DNA of 63,517 nt, counting the filler, from Lenisia limosa (lineage: Eukaryota > Protista > Breviatea): assembly GCA_001655205.1 (NCBI GenBank). It is 7 parts of 7 records of this genome, joined end to end, with 100 filler letters (N's around TTAATTAATTAA, not from the genome) between each part and the next. Parts side by side here need not be neighbours in the genome. Positions count along the whole stretch, not along the records: positions 19,374 to 35,675 come from LPNZ01007319.1; positions 35,776 to 43,101 come from LPNZ01002523.1; 5 more parts are not named here. The stretch is one strand, 5' to 3'. Positions 26,401 through 39,539 of this stretch are shown here, piece by piece. Under the pieces are notes generated by a model, which was not told the DNA's origin, ran no database searches, and saw only the letters and a list, made by a program, of their open reading frames with translations. The position numbers and the translations under genes were made by a program. Position 1 is the stretch's first letter. Each line of letters begins with the position of its first letter.

Positions 26401-27830
26401 CAATTATTGAGAAATGGTGAATTTTCATTGAGTAATAGTGATTATTTTATGGTGATGATATTCATATGAATTTGTTTTTTTTGCTTCCAGTATTTTCTTA
26501 TTCGAAAATGCATTATTTGTGAGGGTTCACATTCTAGGAGACACGACTCCATGGTGTTATGGCCGAAATTGAGGATGACGACAATCTTGGCTTTCAATAC
26601 CCAACTTGTTTGGGGGTACATTATGTGTTTGTTTCGTTAAAGGTGTTTTATTGCAGTTTGGTATCGTATGGGTGGTTTTACTTTTAATCAGAGAAATTAA
26701 TGCGGAGGAGTTGGGGGGGGGGGCAGATAACTTGGTGTGGTTACAAGNNNNNNNNNNNNNNNNNNNNNNNNNNNNNNNNNNNNNNNNNNNNNNNNNNNNN
26801 TGTGAAATTCGTTTTAAAGTGGCACAATTTGTACATTCTTGGTGAAGATCAGCATCTTTCCAGGATATCAAGAAATATGGTATTTTAACAGTTGATTTTC
26901 ATTATTGTTACCATACAGCTGACGACACCGTTTTCTTGAAGCCCAGTTCATCATGGTTTGGCAAGAACAAGAAAATGATCCCGAAAGTGGGGTGGAGGGG
27001 GATTAAACGTGTTACAGACTGTTCTTTTGAAATGGGATTTTTACCACCTAGGTAAAAACAATCATTTTAATGACTGATAATACCATTTTCAAATGTTAAA
27101 AGTTGATAGTTCAGCTAGTGTTTCACTTTGCTCTGTTAGAATGATGTCACTTTGTTCTATTTCCCTTGTCATTTATTGGGTGTACTCAGTTCCTGTGTGA
27201 TCTCGGTAGAATTACGAATTACTCGATTATGGAAAAAATGGACGCGCTATTTACTATTTCAGGGGAGCAATAAAGTGGTGCGTGATGATCTCAAAGAACG
27301 AAAACTCTATGTAAGTGGGGCATCTTCAGAATACATGGTTGCACAGTGACCGGAAAAAGTCTTGACCTCATTTCCTTGGGAAATCACGTATCAAATCGGA
27401 CTTACCCGGTAAAGTATATATGATATACTTATACATTAACATTTTATGCCTAGTTTATCGCATTCTTTTTTTTTTTGCTGTCTCGAAGATAAAGATGGCG
27501 TTGACTTGCAATAGTACCAATCAATGGTAGTCGTCAACATTTCATATTGTATGTCATATTTATTGTTTCTACATACGTATCATATTTGTATATTTGACGA
27601 CATCTCTGGCCCCAGACAGTGCTATAATACTTTTTAGTCCAATCTTTTCCTTTGCCGTTTTATCACATTTTAGAGAGCCCTCTTAGGGGTGCATTCCTCA
27701 AAATCCGAGATAATAGACCTCATAACGATGGTCAAGCCAAAGCACATCATGCCTATTGTGGAGAGAACAGTCAATTCTGAGGCCCAAATGCTGGAGTTGA
27801 GCCAAATTATCGGTGAGAGTAAAAATATGA
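23461..27830 (+). CDS. DCLRE1C: Artemis/DCLRE1C-like metallo-beta-lactamase/beta-CASP nuclease. The core is shown; low-complexity exons probably continue to a stop near 32275
   Basis: Spliced: MPRAATFPNVSGYT|GHASPFSTISIDSFQKGADFYFLSHFHS|DHYQGL..IYCSLITWKLL; VTGLPASHCPGALG|FFIEGSETSMIHT|GDFRL; VDNLCIDTTFFS..HFP; VFLKPSSSWFG; GVHSSKSEIIDLITMVKPKHIMP. ISID.F, KPS..WFG and HSS.SEI fit Artemis. Confidence 0.82.
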
Positions 27831-30800
27831 AACGGGGGGTGGGGGAGGGTGTAATAAGTGCCTCACTTCGTTTTGATAAAATATCGATAGTTTTCGAGGA
27901 TTAATGGAGAAATATAGTCTTTTGTCGAACCGAAGTGAAGCCCTAGTTGTAGTTTATGGGGAGGGAGGGCTGTTTGAGTGGAGGTCTGGTGTTGTATTAA
28001 TTAGTAAACCTGAACTTCGCATAATTTTAATATCCCAGATCGGCTTCACCCTACCCTTCGAAAAAATGACGAAAGCAACATGTGAGCTGTGTTTGAAAAA
28101 AATAATGCACCAATATTCACTGTATAATATACTGTATATGCATATGACTATATGATATACTATAGACTATACTATTTATACTTTGTATTATACCTAGCGG
28201 TATCATTGACAGATGTCATAGCTTGAAAGCAAGATGGTTTAAACTATATTCTAGGGTACCTTAATAAATACCCAGTGTTACGAGTTCCCAATATTGGCCA
28301 CATATTCGAAACAATGGTACTGTAGTAATATACTTTTTCGTATTCACTGTTAAGGCCACTTTCACGGACAACTACTACGCTTCTTGGTTCAACTGATGAT
28401 TTATTCCTTCCTTCGGTTTGTCAGAAGAATCATTCTGTTGATACAGAAATTATCACAAGAATGAAGAGTATCTCTGTTCTGCTTGAAGATAGTGGATATA
28501 TCAAGCTCATCACTATCAGCATCATCACCATCTTATTGTTCAGCATCCCATTTTGTTCAAAACAAAGTCAGAGCCGTCACAGCCTACACAAAACCCGATT
28601 TCTGTTGTCCAACGCTCGGCCTCTGATTCAGCACAGGTACGGTCGTGGATGGTAGTGGGGATGATGGTAGAGTTAGGGATTTTTTTTGTCTTTTGTTTAG
28701 GTACTGTTAGGGTTTCACTTTGGTTCGAAAAAGACCGGTAAAATATCGATAGTTTTCGAGGTTTTATCGAGAAATTTAGTCTTTTCTTGAACCGAAGTGA
28801 AGCCCTAGGCACTGTGGTGGAGGGTACTAGCTGAGGAGCTTGCTTCTCATTTATTTTATGTTTTGAAGATTTTTTTTTTTCCTTCCCATTTTGATCTGTT
28901 TTCAGTCCTCAAGTGACTCAATGAAGTTAAATATAGGACGATCCAGTATTATGAAGAGAAGGTCATCGATATTTTCGAGTGGGTTCATGGGGGTTCGTTT
29001 TTGATCAAGTAAACTAATTTGATAGCCCTGAGATAACAACAACTAAAACTCATTATTTAATTAACACTTCTTTGTATGATGATGAGCTCATAAATTGTAT
29101 TAAGTTGAATCATTGTGTCAGAATTATACTTCATGCCAGATGTTGGCTTCTGTTTAGTTTTCTCTCATGTGACAGTGAGATCAACAAAGGAAGTCAGGGA
29201 TGAAACCATTAATCTTCGAGATTATGGTACCAAAAATGTCGTATCTGCCCCCAATACACCAAGTACCACAAACGCCCCTTCTGCAACACCAGTCAAGAAA
29301 CCCACACAAAAAGTTGGCTTACCAGTATTATCACTTATTATTGAGTATTGATATCTTATCGTGTTTGTATTAATGGTGAAATGCATTTCTCAAGTTGTAA
29401 AATGAAACCACCTAAAACTATTATCACAGCAATATCGTCATACTTGAGATACGAAATATTGAACTATAATACCACTCAATTTCCTCCCTTTTAATTTCTC
29501 GTTTCTACATGTTAATATCAAGATCTTGAGTACTGCATAAGCAATCAGTTTAACACCAGTTCCAGGACACCCAAAGCCCGTTGCTGACAAGCCCTATTAA
29601 AACACTAAATCACTGCCCCAAAGGGCCGGAAAGAGGTCACGTGACCATGGCTCGAAAAACTTCCTTTTCTAGAAGGTGAGGGGGGGGGGGGGCTTAGCTT
29701 TCAGNNNNNNNNNNNNNNNNNNNNNNNNNNNNNNNNNNNNNNNNNNNNNNNNNNNNNNNNNNNNNNNNNNNNNNNNNNNNNNNNNNNNNNNNCAAATTTG
29801 TCTCATTAATCAGGCCAAGTCATATCAAAGTACGGAAGATTGCCTATGATACTGCGGAGGACTTTGAAAGTGAGGGTAGCTATTTTTTAGAACAAGAAAA
29901 TACCCTAATATTTGGGGTATAGTATATTCATAAATTATAATAATTTGTAATTAAACTGTTCGCCTGAAATATGGTCCTCGTCTTGATTCAATTCATGTTT
30001 TTGAAAAAAAGAGTACTCTTCAAACCGTCACATTTATTAACACCACACAAATTTAACTTACATCTTATGAGAATCAACAACGTTGCCACTTATTCTCATC
30101 CTTTGTTACTTTATCAACACTATCACCCCAGAGTGCATGAAAGTTAGCTGCTCAGCTGGGGCTACCAATGAGTGCCAAGTCGAACAAAAACCGATCGGAG
30201 TTCCCTCTGTATCCTCTAAATCACCAACGGTACGCAATATGCTCGCAGAAAGCAGTGCCACAGAGTTTTAAGATAAATGATTGGTTGGATTAAGAGTATA
30301 TTCTGCTATATTCCAATATCCTTTATTAGCAAGATGTTGTGGACGGCGTCGGTCAAATACCACGTTGTTTTAATGATCATATCTGTACTTATTTGGTGCT
30401 TCGCTTTCGGCTCAGCAACATAAAAATATCAAGCAAACGTGAATTATCGGAAATTCTTTCTTTTATAAGAACCTGAAGTGAATATTTTGACTTATTTGTG
30501 TCCCAATTGTTGTCATCATTCTCATAGAATTCACTGGTTCAAAAAATTCACTCTTTCTGTGATTGGAATTATCACCTTATTATAACAGTTGGAAGCTTCG
30601 CGAAGTCCAAATTTGAAAGATTACCAGGGTCCTGGAGACAGGATAGCATCAGGGTCCTCTGAAGGCATTTTTATCTCCACTGCAGCCATTGCACTGAAAC
30701 GCATCTACGATAGTGATATTGAGTCGTTTGTTGGGGGTGTGCTTCAAGAACATATTGAAAGTTGATTAAGTTTGGATTTTTAAAAGCAATGTTTTATCTT

Positions 30801-33800
30801 TCATATGCTACCATTCAAAATTCAAATTGTAATATCTTCCTGATGATGATGCAACATATTGCTTTTTAAAAGAGTGTTGCTTTAGGTTTATTTTTCTTAT
30901 TCTATGCAGCCCAATAAAGAAGGCAAGGGAGGTTGAAAGTGAGCTATTACCAAACTTTAAAGTATGGGTGGCCAAATTTATCATATGTTACTTGTGATCA
31001 AATGTTCAATCATACAATGGGTGTTAATTGAAAGCTTTGACATGAAATAGTTTACTTATCATTTCATTCCCACTTTAAGATCAATAGGACCCCTTCGAAT
31101 CCCGAAAAATATCGCACCTTTACAAACGCAGGCATCCTCACGAATAAACCAGGTGTCCCCTCCAAGTAGCCCTGAGTCATCACTAGATATTGTGAGTAGG
31201 ATTTTTTTTTTTTTTTTTTTAAAGCTATTCGGTGTTTTTATTTATTGTTTGTTACTCTTTGTTTGCCTCAAATTCAATTATCAATCTAAAATGTTAGAAT
31301 ATTGCTACAATCTCACATTCTGTTTATGAATCATCAAATCTCTTTATGAAGTGTAAAAAAAGATGCTTCCCCTCAAATAATAAATACTTTAATGAAATTC
31401 AAATAGATGAGGATGAAACTGCATACCGATCCCTAATCATCAGAAATTTGATTAATTGGTTTGGATCCTATAATGATTTGTTAGTTGAAGACTCCGCCTC
31501 GAAAGTTCCCCCAGATCCCAGCTCATGTATACGCGTCCCCAATTGTTCCAAAAGGCTCAAGTAAGTATCGTTGGAATATTTGGACGAATTAAGATAACAA
31601 TACCTAATATCGTGCGGATTTGGGAAGCAATACTCTTCTGATCAGATCGTATTCATTCACAAGTCCCCATTTCGTTATGGTTTCCCCAATTTCTCTTCTG
31701 TGCGTTAATCATCTAAGGCACTCACTCTCCAGAGACAAAAGGCCTGCTATCACCATCGTTTTCCCCTCTCAGAGACACTGTTTCCCCAATAACAGCTTCA
31801 CCAATAAGTATGTTTTCCTCAAGATGGAAGGGAATAGGGTTCTACGTTCCGGTTTAAATACCTAAATTAATGAATAGTGCTCAGTAATTATCGGAAATCT
31901 ACTTGATCCAAATATATCTTGAGCCTCCTATATGTTACTTATTGATATTACCGATAAAGTCAATCAATTGCTTCAAAGCACACGGCCGATTTAATATCAA
32001 ATGTAAATAATAATATTGATTTTTTGAATATATTGGTTGGTAATGTTTTGAATTTCATATTTAAATATCAGCAAGAAAAAAAAAAAAAAAAAAAACCAAT
32101 CCAGTAATTATTGCTCAATTAACGTGTTCAGGAAGGGAACAGTCTCCTTCGGTTATTGGTGCCTTCCAGCCCCCAAAATGCTCCATTCTGCTCAGCCCTT
32201 CGCTCTCCCCGGAGCGAGTGGATGAGATTATTCGCGAGCAAAAACGACGGCAGTGGCTGAAGTGGTCTGTGTCATGATTAAGGCTTTTGATACCCTGGTC
32301 CTTGTCTCACGTGCTTGTGAATGAATGTTAGGTTTATAGTATATCTTTGCTTTATGTTTTGTAATTTTGTTAGGTCTTCTGATGTACAATGCAATGTATT
32401 ATGACTACTTGCTTTACTATCTAATAAACTCTTTTCTTTGTCTTTTCATCGTTTCGTTACTTTTTTTTTTTTTTTTTTTTTACAGGGGCAGTAANNNNNN
32501 NNNNNNNNNNNNNNNNNNNNNNNNNNNNNNNNNNNNNNNNNNNNNNNNNNNNNNNNNNNNNNNNNNNNNNNNNNNNNNNNNNNNNNNNNNNCTTTCACTT
32601 TTTTCTATTTTATTTATTATTATTATTATTAATCTGCTTCCAAAAAAAACTATACTCATGGATCTTCTCGTCCACCTACTATACAGCCTAAACCCTGTCA
32701 CTCTTACCCTGAGGCGAATGTGAATAAGCCAAGGTGTACTTACATATAACTATTCCTCGGTTCATTCTATCCACATTTGTTATTATGTCACATTTCCGAA
32801 GACAGCGTCCCATCACTCCAGTGTAAAAGATTTCATAACAACTTACCATAGAGAACATAACTACTGAATAAATAAATATTAGAAAATTGGTACAAATGTA
32901 CAGACAGTGTGGCCAGTAACTCAGAAAGAGTCCTCGAGAACCCGTCGGAACTCTCCAGGGGAGTAGATATTGCGACAGTTGCCAGGATTCGTCTAAATGC
33001 AATGAGACTTAATGCGTTTCTTTTTATTTGTCATTGTTTAAAACTAAATATTGTTGTATGTTACTTTATCATTTGAAATTGAGACTTGTACCTGCCGCTA
33101 AAAAAAGTACCCCCATAAAAAAACAAAAAAAAACAATCACTCACTCACCTCTCCTGGAGAAACCATGTCTTGCCAAAACCTCGCCTATAGCAAGTCAGAA
33201 TTCAAAAGAATATGATATGAGTTTTGAACACTGCTGATAGAAAAACGCAATTATCCTCAGAAAAAAACTAAAAAAGCTATATAAAAAAATAACATCTTAC
33301 CTCGCCCTCAGAATGCATGGAAAGGGACATTTCTAATTCACCTTCAGAAAGGGAAATATTTCCCTGAATTATAAGAAACAGCTTGTTGAAGAAGGAAGTG
33401 TACACAGTATTACAATGTATTTGTTATAAAAATTAATGGAATAACACACACACACATTTACAAAAAAACNNNNNNNNNNNNNNNNNNNNNNNNNNNNNNN
33501 NNNNNNNNNNNNNNNNNNNNNNNNNNNNNNNNNNNNNNNNNNNNNNNNNNNNNNNNNNNNNNNNNNNNNNNNNNNNNNNNNNNNNNNNNNNNNNNNNNNN
33601 NNNNNNNNNNNNNNNNNNNNNNNNNNNNNNNNNNNNNNNNNNNNNNNNNNNNNNNNNNNNNNNNNNNNNNNNNNNNNNNNNNNNNNNNNNNGATCATGCA
33701 TTTGTTAATATGAAGCAATATACTTGCTCCGTAGATCATAATCATCAATATGAGGTACCATGCTCTACAGATCGTCATCAACACTCGTCATATGTAGGGC

Positions 33801-34454
33801 TTCACTTTCAATTCCAAAAAAGACTGAATTCCCGATAAATCCTCGATAAATATCGTTATTTTGTACGTCTTTTGGGACCGAAAGTGATGTTCTAATCAAC
33901 ACTTGTCATATTGGCTCACTGTGGATGTTGGAGTCAGAGCACTGCAAACACCTGGGAAGTTAGAAAAATTGTAGATTTGAGAAATAGGTAGTCTGGTCGA
34001 AGTCATCTAAACCTTGTCTTACATCAAGAAGAATACAAAGAAAAGGTTTGAAACGCAAATGTTGTTTCCCCTGAATCCCCCTTGCTAATGTATCTAATTA
34101 TTTGGTCCTCCAAAGTTTCGTATATCATATGATATATAATACGTGGTGGTGTGGATTGTTTCGCCAGACCCCCCACTGCACTTCTCCTGATCCGAACCTA
34201 TGAACCATATACGAGGAATTGGGAAATAAAAATGAGGTAGTTATCTGCCCTCCCCCCCCCCCCNNNNNNNNNNNNNNNNNNNNNNNNNNNNNNNNNNNNN
34301 NNNNNNNNNNNNNNNNNNNNNNNNNNNNNNNNNNNNNNNNNNNNNGCTTGGGGGATGAGGAAGGAAAATGGAAAATAGTATACGAAATAAAAAAGAAAGC
34401 CCAAAATCAGTAAAACTGGACAATTGATGAAACAAAAAAGCCTCAAATTCAACT

Positions 34455-34522
34455 CAGTTGACTGATGACACCTGAGGGTTGAGAACAACAAAACAAAAAA
34501 AAGCCCAGGCCAGTCGCTTTTG
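34455..34522 (-). repeat. Dispersed repeat family C (ctgcagaagcgactggcctgggctttgtttgttttgtt..aaccctc..tcagtcaactgagttga). Also 43066-43101 (+) and 57360-57430 (+)
   Basis: Three similar copies on three scaffolds. Confidence 0.75.
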
Positions 34523-34674
34523 AGGNNNNNNNNNNNNNNNNNNNNNNNNNNNNNNNNNNNNNNNNNNNNNNNNNNNNNNNNNNNNNNNNNNNNNNNNNNN
34601 NNNNNNNNNNNNNNNNNNNNNNNNNNNNNNNNNNNNNNNNNNNNNNNNNNNNNNNNNNNNNNNNNNNNNNNNNN

Positions 34675-35675
34675 ACCGGTCTTCTTCAAGCTTCTGCCTC
34701 GCCAAGTCTAGCTCACTGGCTTGCTCCTACCCAGTTAGTATCTCTTTTCCCCGCTTAAAATATCATTATACATGTATATAAATGTTGTACATATAATATT
34801 TCTACCAGAACGTGCAAAACGCAAAGATACCACTGAGATAGGAGTATTTCATCTAGTTTTTATACAAATATGTACTTGTTCAGTATGTTGATCACAATGC
34901 TAATACCCCTGGATACTATTATAAATTTAAACAGTTAACCACTCGACTTAACCCCATACAAGGCACAAAGCATCCCCTATTATCCATCCCCCTTACAAGG
35001 AACTTGGCATTTGCTTCTTCTTCTAGCTTCGCTGCTGCTTCACGAAGCCTGCTAAGCGCAATTTCCTCCTCATTCTTTTGTCGCTAAATTGTGAAGAACT
35101 CAAATGAGACGAAGCAGATGAATGATAATTTGCAAGATTACGTGAAAACAATTAATTGACAAAATGAATTGATAAAATATAAAAGTAAAATCTCTGAAAA
35201 GGGGTTCTGGTTATGATATGTTGTGCAATTCATTTAAGTAAATTAATTCACGAAGTTTGAAATTACCGAGTCTGAAATGAAATTCTACTTGCAATATGCT
35301 GCTTCACTTCAATATATCAAATTAATGACATGAAGAAAAGAAAATAAAAAAGCGATATTTCGTCATGTATGGGATACTATCTAACCCCTCCCAAACAGTT
35401 TTATTCTCAGCTTCCTCAGCAGTGCGTTTCGCCCGCAACTCTTCCTCCTCAACCCGCTTCCGCTCGGCCTCTTCCCTCATCCGATTTTCTGTCTCCTGAA
35501 GGAACTTCTTCTGCTGCTCTAAGTCGGCGCGTTGCTTCTCCAAAGCTTCCTCAGCCATTTGCTGCGCGTGATCACGCAAACGCTGGCGTGCCTCATTCTC
35601 CTCTTTCTCCATTGCTTCTGCATGCTCAATTTGAGCCTTTTCCATTTCAGCCATTCGAGCCTATTGGGAGGGTTA
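34675..35675 (-). CDS. Coiled-coil protein (partial, multi-exon)
   Basis: The E/K/R/A-rich ORF 35322-35654 (EKAQIEHAEAMEKEENEARQRLRD...) continues through GT-AG exons RQKNEEEIALSRLREAAAKLEEANAKFL and EQASELDLARQKLEEDR. Confidence 0.7.
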
Positions 35676-35966
35676 NNNNNNNNNNNNNNNNNNNNNNNNN
35701 NNNNNNNNNNNNNNNNNNNTTAATTAATTAANNNNNNNNNNNNNNNNNNNNNNNNNNNNNNNNNNNNNNNNNNNNAATAAGGGAGCATATACATACGTTG
35801 TTTATATCCGGGATCACGCAGTATTGTGATGTATTTTGTATAAGATGCAGCTTTCAAGTCTACATTGAACAGCTATAACAAAATGTGAGGTGAATAGAAA
35901 AACATCTACATAACAGATAAACCAAGATATGACGCACCATTCCAATAGAATAAGAGAACCTCCTAC

Positions 35967-36046
35967 TTATGGACTTTCACTGCCTTTTTTTCGCTCTTGA
36001 TCAAGTCGTCCAGAGACATATTCACCTTCTTATCGACGGAAACCAT
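35967..36046 (-). CDS. ALYREF: First exon of an ALYREF/Yra1/UIF-like mRNA export adaptor
   Basis: MVSVDKKVNMSLDDLIKSEKKAVKVH followed by a GT donor. It matches the N-terminal UAP56-binding motif (KMDMSLDDIIK). The rest of the gene is cut off by the spacer. Confidence 0.55.
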
Positions 36047-36349
36047 GGTGCAAAGAGGATCCGAGAAAGCACTCAATCAATTCGCTGTTTTCTAAGAAAA
36101 TTAGCTGTACTTGGTATGTGAGAAAAGAGAGCGTTAAACGAAACCCTATTCCTTAAAATCTCATTTGTCAAACCTATTCTTTGACACAGCAATCCAATAC
36201 ACACCTCCACGTTAATCCAATAGACTTATAGGGCAAAGTGGCCCAAAAAGAGGCCATCGCGCCGTTTAAGGGACAGCATATAAACACACAGAGTTGCCAT
36301 ATTTATTCAATGACAATTTTGATTTTTGTTTTCCTTTTTACTCATCATA

Positions 36350-38830
36350 ATGGAGGATGATGATCCAGAACCAACACAATCAACGACATGGTCGCGCCTA
36401 GGAAGTGGTATTAAGTGGTTGGGTGAAGTTGCTTCTCCTGCAACGCCTACCGAGACCCCTGAAATCAACTACAAACCAGATACAAAGAACTATAACGCGG
36501 AAGATAAAGACGAGTCGCGTTTTTCCTTCTTCACCAATGTTCCGCAGTTCCTTCCTAATATTTGGCCGCTCTTCTCTTCAGATGATGATGAGCCGCAGAA
36601 CGAAGTTGTTTCAGAACCCATGGATGCCTTTTCGTTTCTGTCCTCTATATCCCGGCTGACGGAATGCATCACCTCCACAGCCTTCAATGGATTGGCCTCT
36701 TCTCCGCCAGTTGAATCAGCGTGAGTTGCGGGTTAATACGGGTGAATTGAATTCTTATCATGGGTTCTTACTGCTCCCTAACTTATCTTACTCTTCAGGT
36801 TGAAACCTCGTGAAGTTGAGGTATGGAGACATTGGGACTCAAGCTTTTCTTGGTCAACACACGGGATAGATCTCAGAGAGTATATCATGTGATTGTATAT
36901 CTGCTGATAAAACCATTTAGATTTCACTCAACGAGTTACACGAGAAAATTGCAGAATGTCAATCCTTTGCTCAGATCGGTGAGTTACTATAAGACTCATA
37001 CAGAACTAAACGACTTCGATATATATAATAATTATCCTGATAATTATATATATCGAAGTTGAGTTGATTATCAGATGATAACCTACCTTAACTACCACTA
37101 TGCTTTAAAATTCATGATTGTCTACCAAAACATTTTAGTCTCACTATTCACCCTCTTTTAGACGGCATTCTACAAGTGTTCCTGAGGGCTGCCAAATTTG
37201 ATATTGAAATCCAAGAAGAAACAGTCTCTCTTTTCATCAAGGTGGGTTGGTTCAAGAACAGAATCTCGGAATCATTTTCTTGCTAAAGCTAATACCAAAT
37301 TGTTTTAAATCTTATTTTTCAATTTTTAATCCTATAGATATCTTTCCGACTTGAAACATAGTTTTAAGCAATTTAACTCCCAAGGCCTGCTGTCGTTCTA
37401 AAGCTGCCTCCCCGTGCCTTCAAATCCTCCGTGACGATGTATTTAATTTGAAACCTTCACGAAAAGGATGGCATCATCTGATGGTCAAACTATCGCTTTG
37501 CGGCGTCTTAGATGATGTTGAGCTTTGTTTTGAAACAATGTCAGAAGCTATGCTCCCAACTTCACAGTCGTACCACATTCTCATAAGAGCGTGTGTTGAC
37601 AACAGTGACATCCGCAAGGCGTTCCACTACCTTCAACAATGTAGAGCACGTGAGCAATGGCGAAATGACCAATATTTGTGTTTGGCTATTAAAGAATCAG
37701 GATCAGTGTTGACCTCTGGCTCAAATATCATTGAAGTATTCACTTCTATGCTTAATTAATTTCTCAGGGAAGATTGATTTAGAGAGAGGAACCTTCAACG
37801 TGGTGATAAATGGATGCCGTGGCTTCACATCCCCATTTGCATGTAAGTCTTACCACTTCATTAAGTGTTTATATTACCTGCATAATTTTATTGCTCATCT
37901 CTACATATGTTAACACATATCATTCACTAGTGATATCGGTTTTTGAGTCGAAATGATGAATGTAACAGGAGGAATCACTGCGTGGAAAATGAAACTTCAC
38001 ACGTGTGAAAATGATCCAAAAAGTGATACTATTCAACATTCTGTTTCATAACTCACCAGGTTCACTGACCTTGGAATTGGTCGAAATGATGCGTGTTGAT
38101 GGTATTGTTCCTTCCAACGGCACGTTCGTCTTGGTGGCTACCCACTGTACCGAAGTGAATATGGCTTTTGTTTTGTTTTATTAACATATCATGCAGTATA
38201 CATGTATCTGATATGTATAGTATTAATGTCATGATATTATATCAAACAAGAATATTGAGAGTGTTCCTGTGTGCTTCATGCTACTGGTTATGCTCGCCGA
38301 AAAAATAATATTATTTTTTTTCGCTACTTGTTTTCAGCTAATGAACATTTCAGGCACAACGTCCCATTGAGGCATTAGATGCGCTACATTCACTTGTTCT
38401 CAGGTCAAGGTCCATTAAAAAGCCTGTTTCGGTGGGTGGCGAATATGTATTACTTGTAGTATTTGAAAATATTCGTGCATCCTCTTATGATTATTCAGCA
38501 CTATTTCCCCATTCTAATCCCCCCACCCCAGACCACTGTACAACCTTCATTGCTACGAAAATTGGAAGACCTTTGCCGATTGCACCCGAACTCTGACAAA
38601 CTCCTCCTGAGATTGAGAGTAGGCCTATTGTTTTTTTTTTGTAGATTACACGATTCACTTTGTTCGTAATGCGATATTTTTTGTATCCTGTTACGTGTGT
38701 TGAGGAATACATTAGCTACTATCTCTCCAATTCTTTCCTTTACTCTCCCAGGCCCTCAAGCAGTCCCTCTTCTGCCTTGGCCTGATAATGGTCTGAAAGC
38801 CCTGCCACCCCAGCCAACACACTCATGCAC
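36350..38830 (+). CDS. Pentatricopeptide-repeat (PPR) protein, multi-exon
   Basis: Exons KPSRKGWHHLMVKLSLCGVLDDVELCFETMSEAMLPTSQSYHILIRACVDNSDIRKAFHYLQQ; ERGTFNVVINGC; LELVEMMRVDGIVPSNGTFVLV; AQRPIEALDALHSL. The 3' end is approximate. Confidence 0.75.
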
Positions 38831-39539
38831 ATCACCCCCCCCCCTACTATTCTTCGACAAAGAAGCATGTAATGTTGATTATTTATTCTTAAGATGCACC
38901 TCTTTTTTGACACCAAAAGTGTATTACCCTCTCCTCAGTTTTTGTTGATTGGGGTGTTCATTTTGGGACCAACATAAATAAATTCAAAAAAGAAACATGA
39001 CTAAGAACGAGAAGAAAAATACAAATCTTATAAAAACCTTGCTTTGATAGCCAATTCATCCCCTCTCAGCCCGAATATCTCACGGCAGAATTCCTACAGT
39101 CATGTCAGCGTTTTTGTTTAGTGCTAAAACTGGCTTACCGTGCACAAATGCAAATATAAAACTAACATGATAATACTATTACATAGTATGATACAGTAAT
39201 AAATGTTCGCACCCCTGCCCCCCCCCCCCNNNNNNNNNNNNNNNNNNNNNNNNNNNNNNNNNNNNNNNNNNNNNNNNNNNNNNNNNNNNNNNNNNNNNNN
39301 NNNNNNCGCTCTGGAAGATGGGTAACGAATTGGAAAGGGAAACTGAAAATCAGGTTTCTGAAATGGCGTTTGTAACCATATCAAATCCAACTTGGAATAT
39401 TATATGCCCACAAATAAACTAATTTTAGAAATACAAAGAGTTATATCATCAAGACAGAAGTTAGAAATGAAGTGATATAATTTGTCAAATAAAATTTTCA
39501 TCTAACACTGCATCTCACCACGTCCAACCTGAGATTGTT

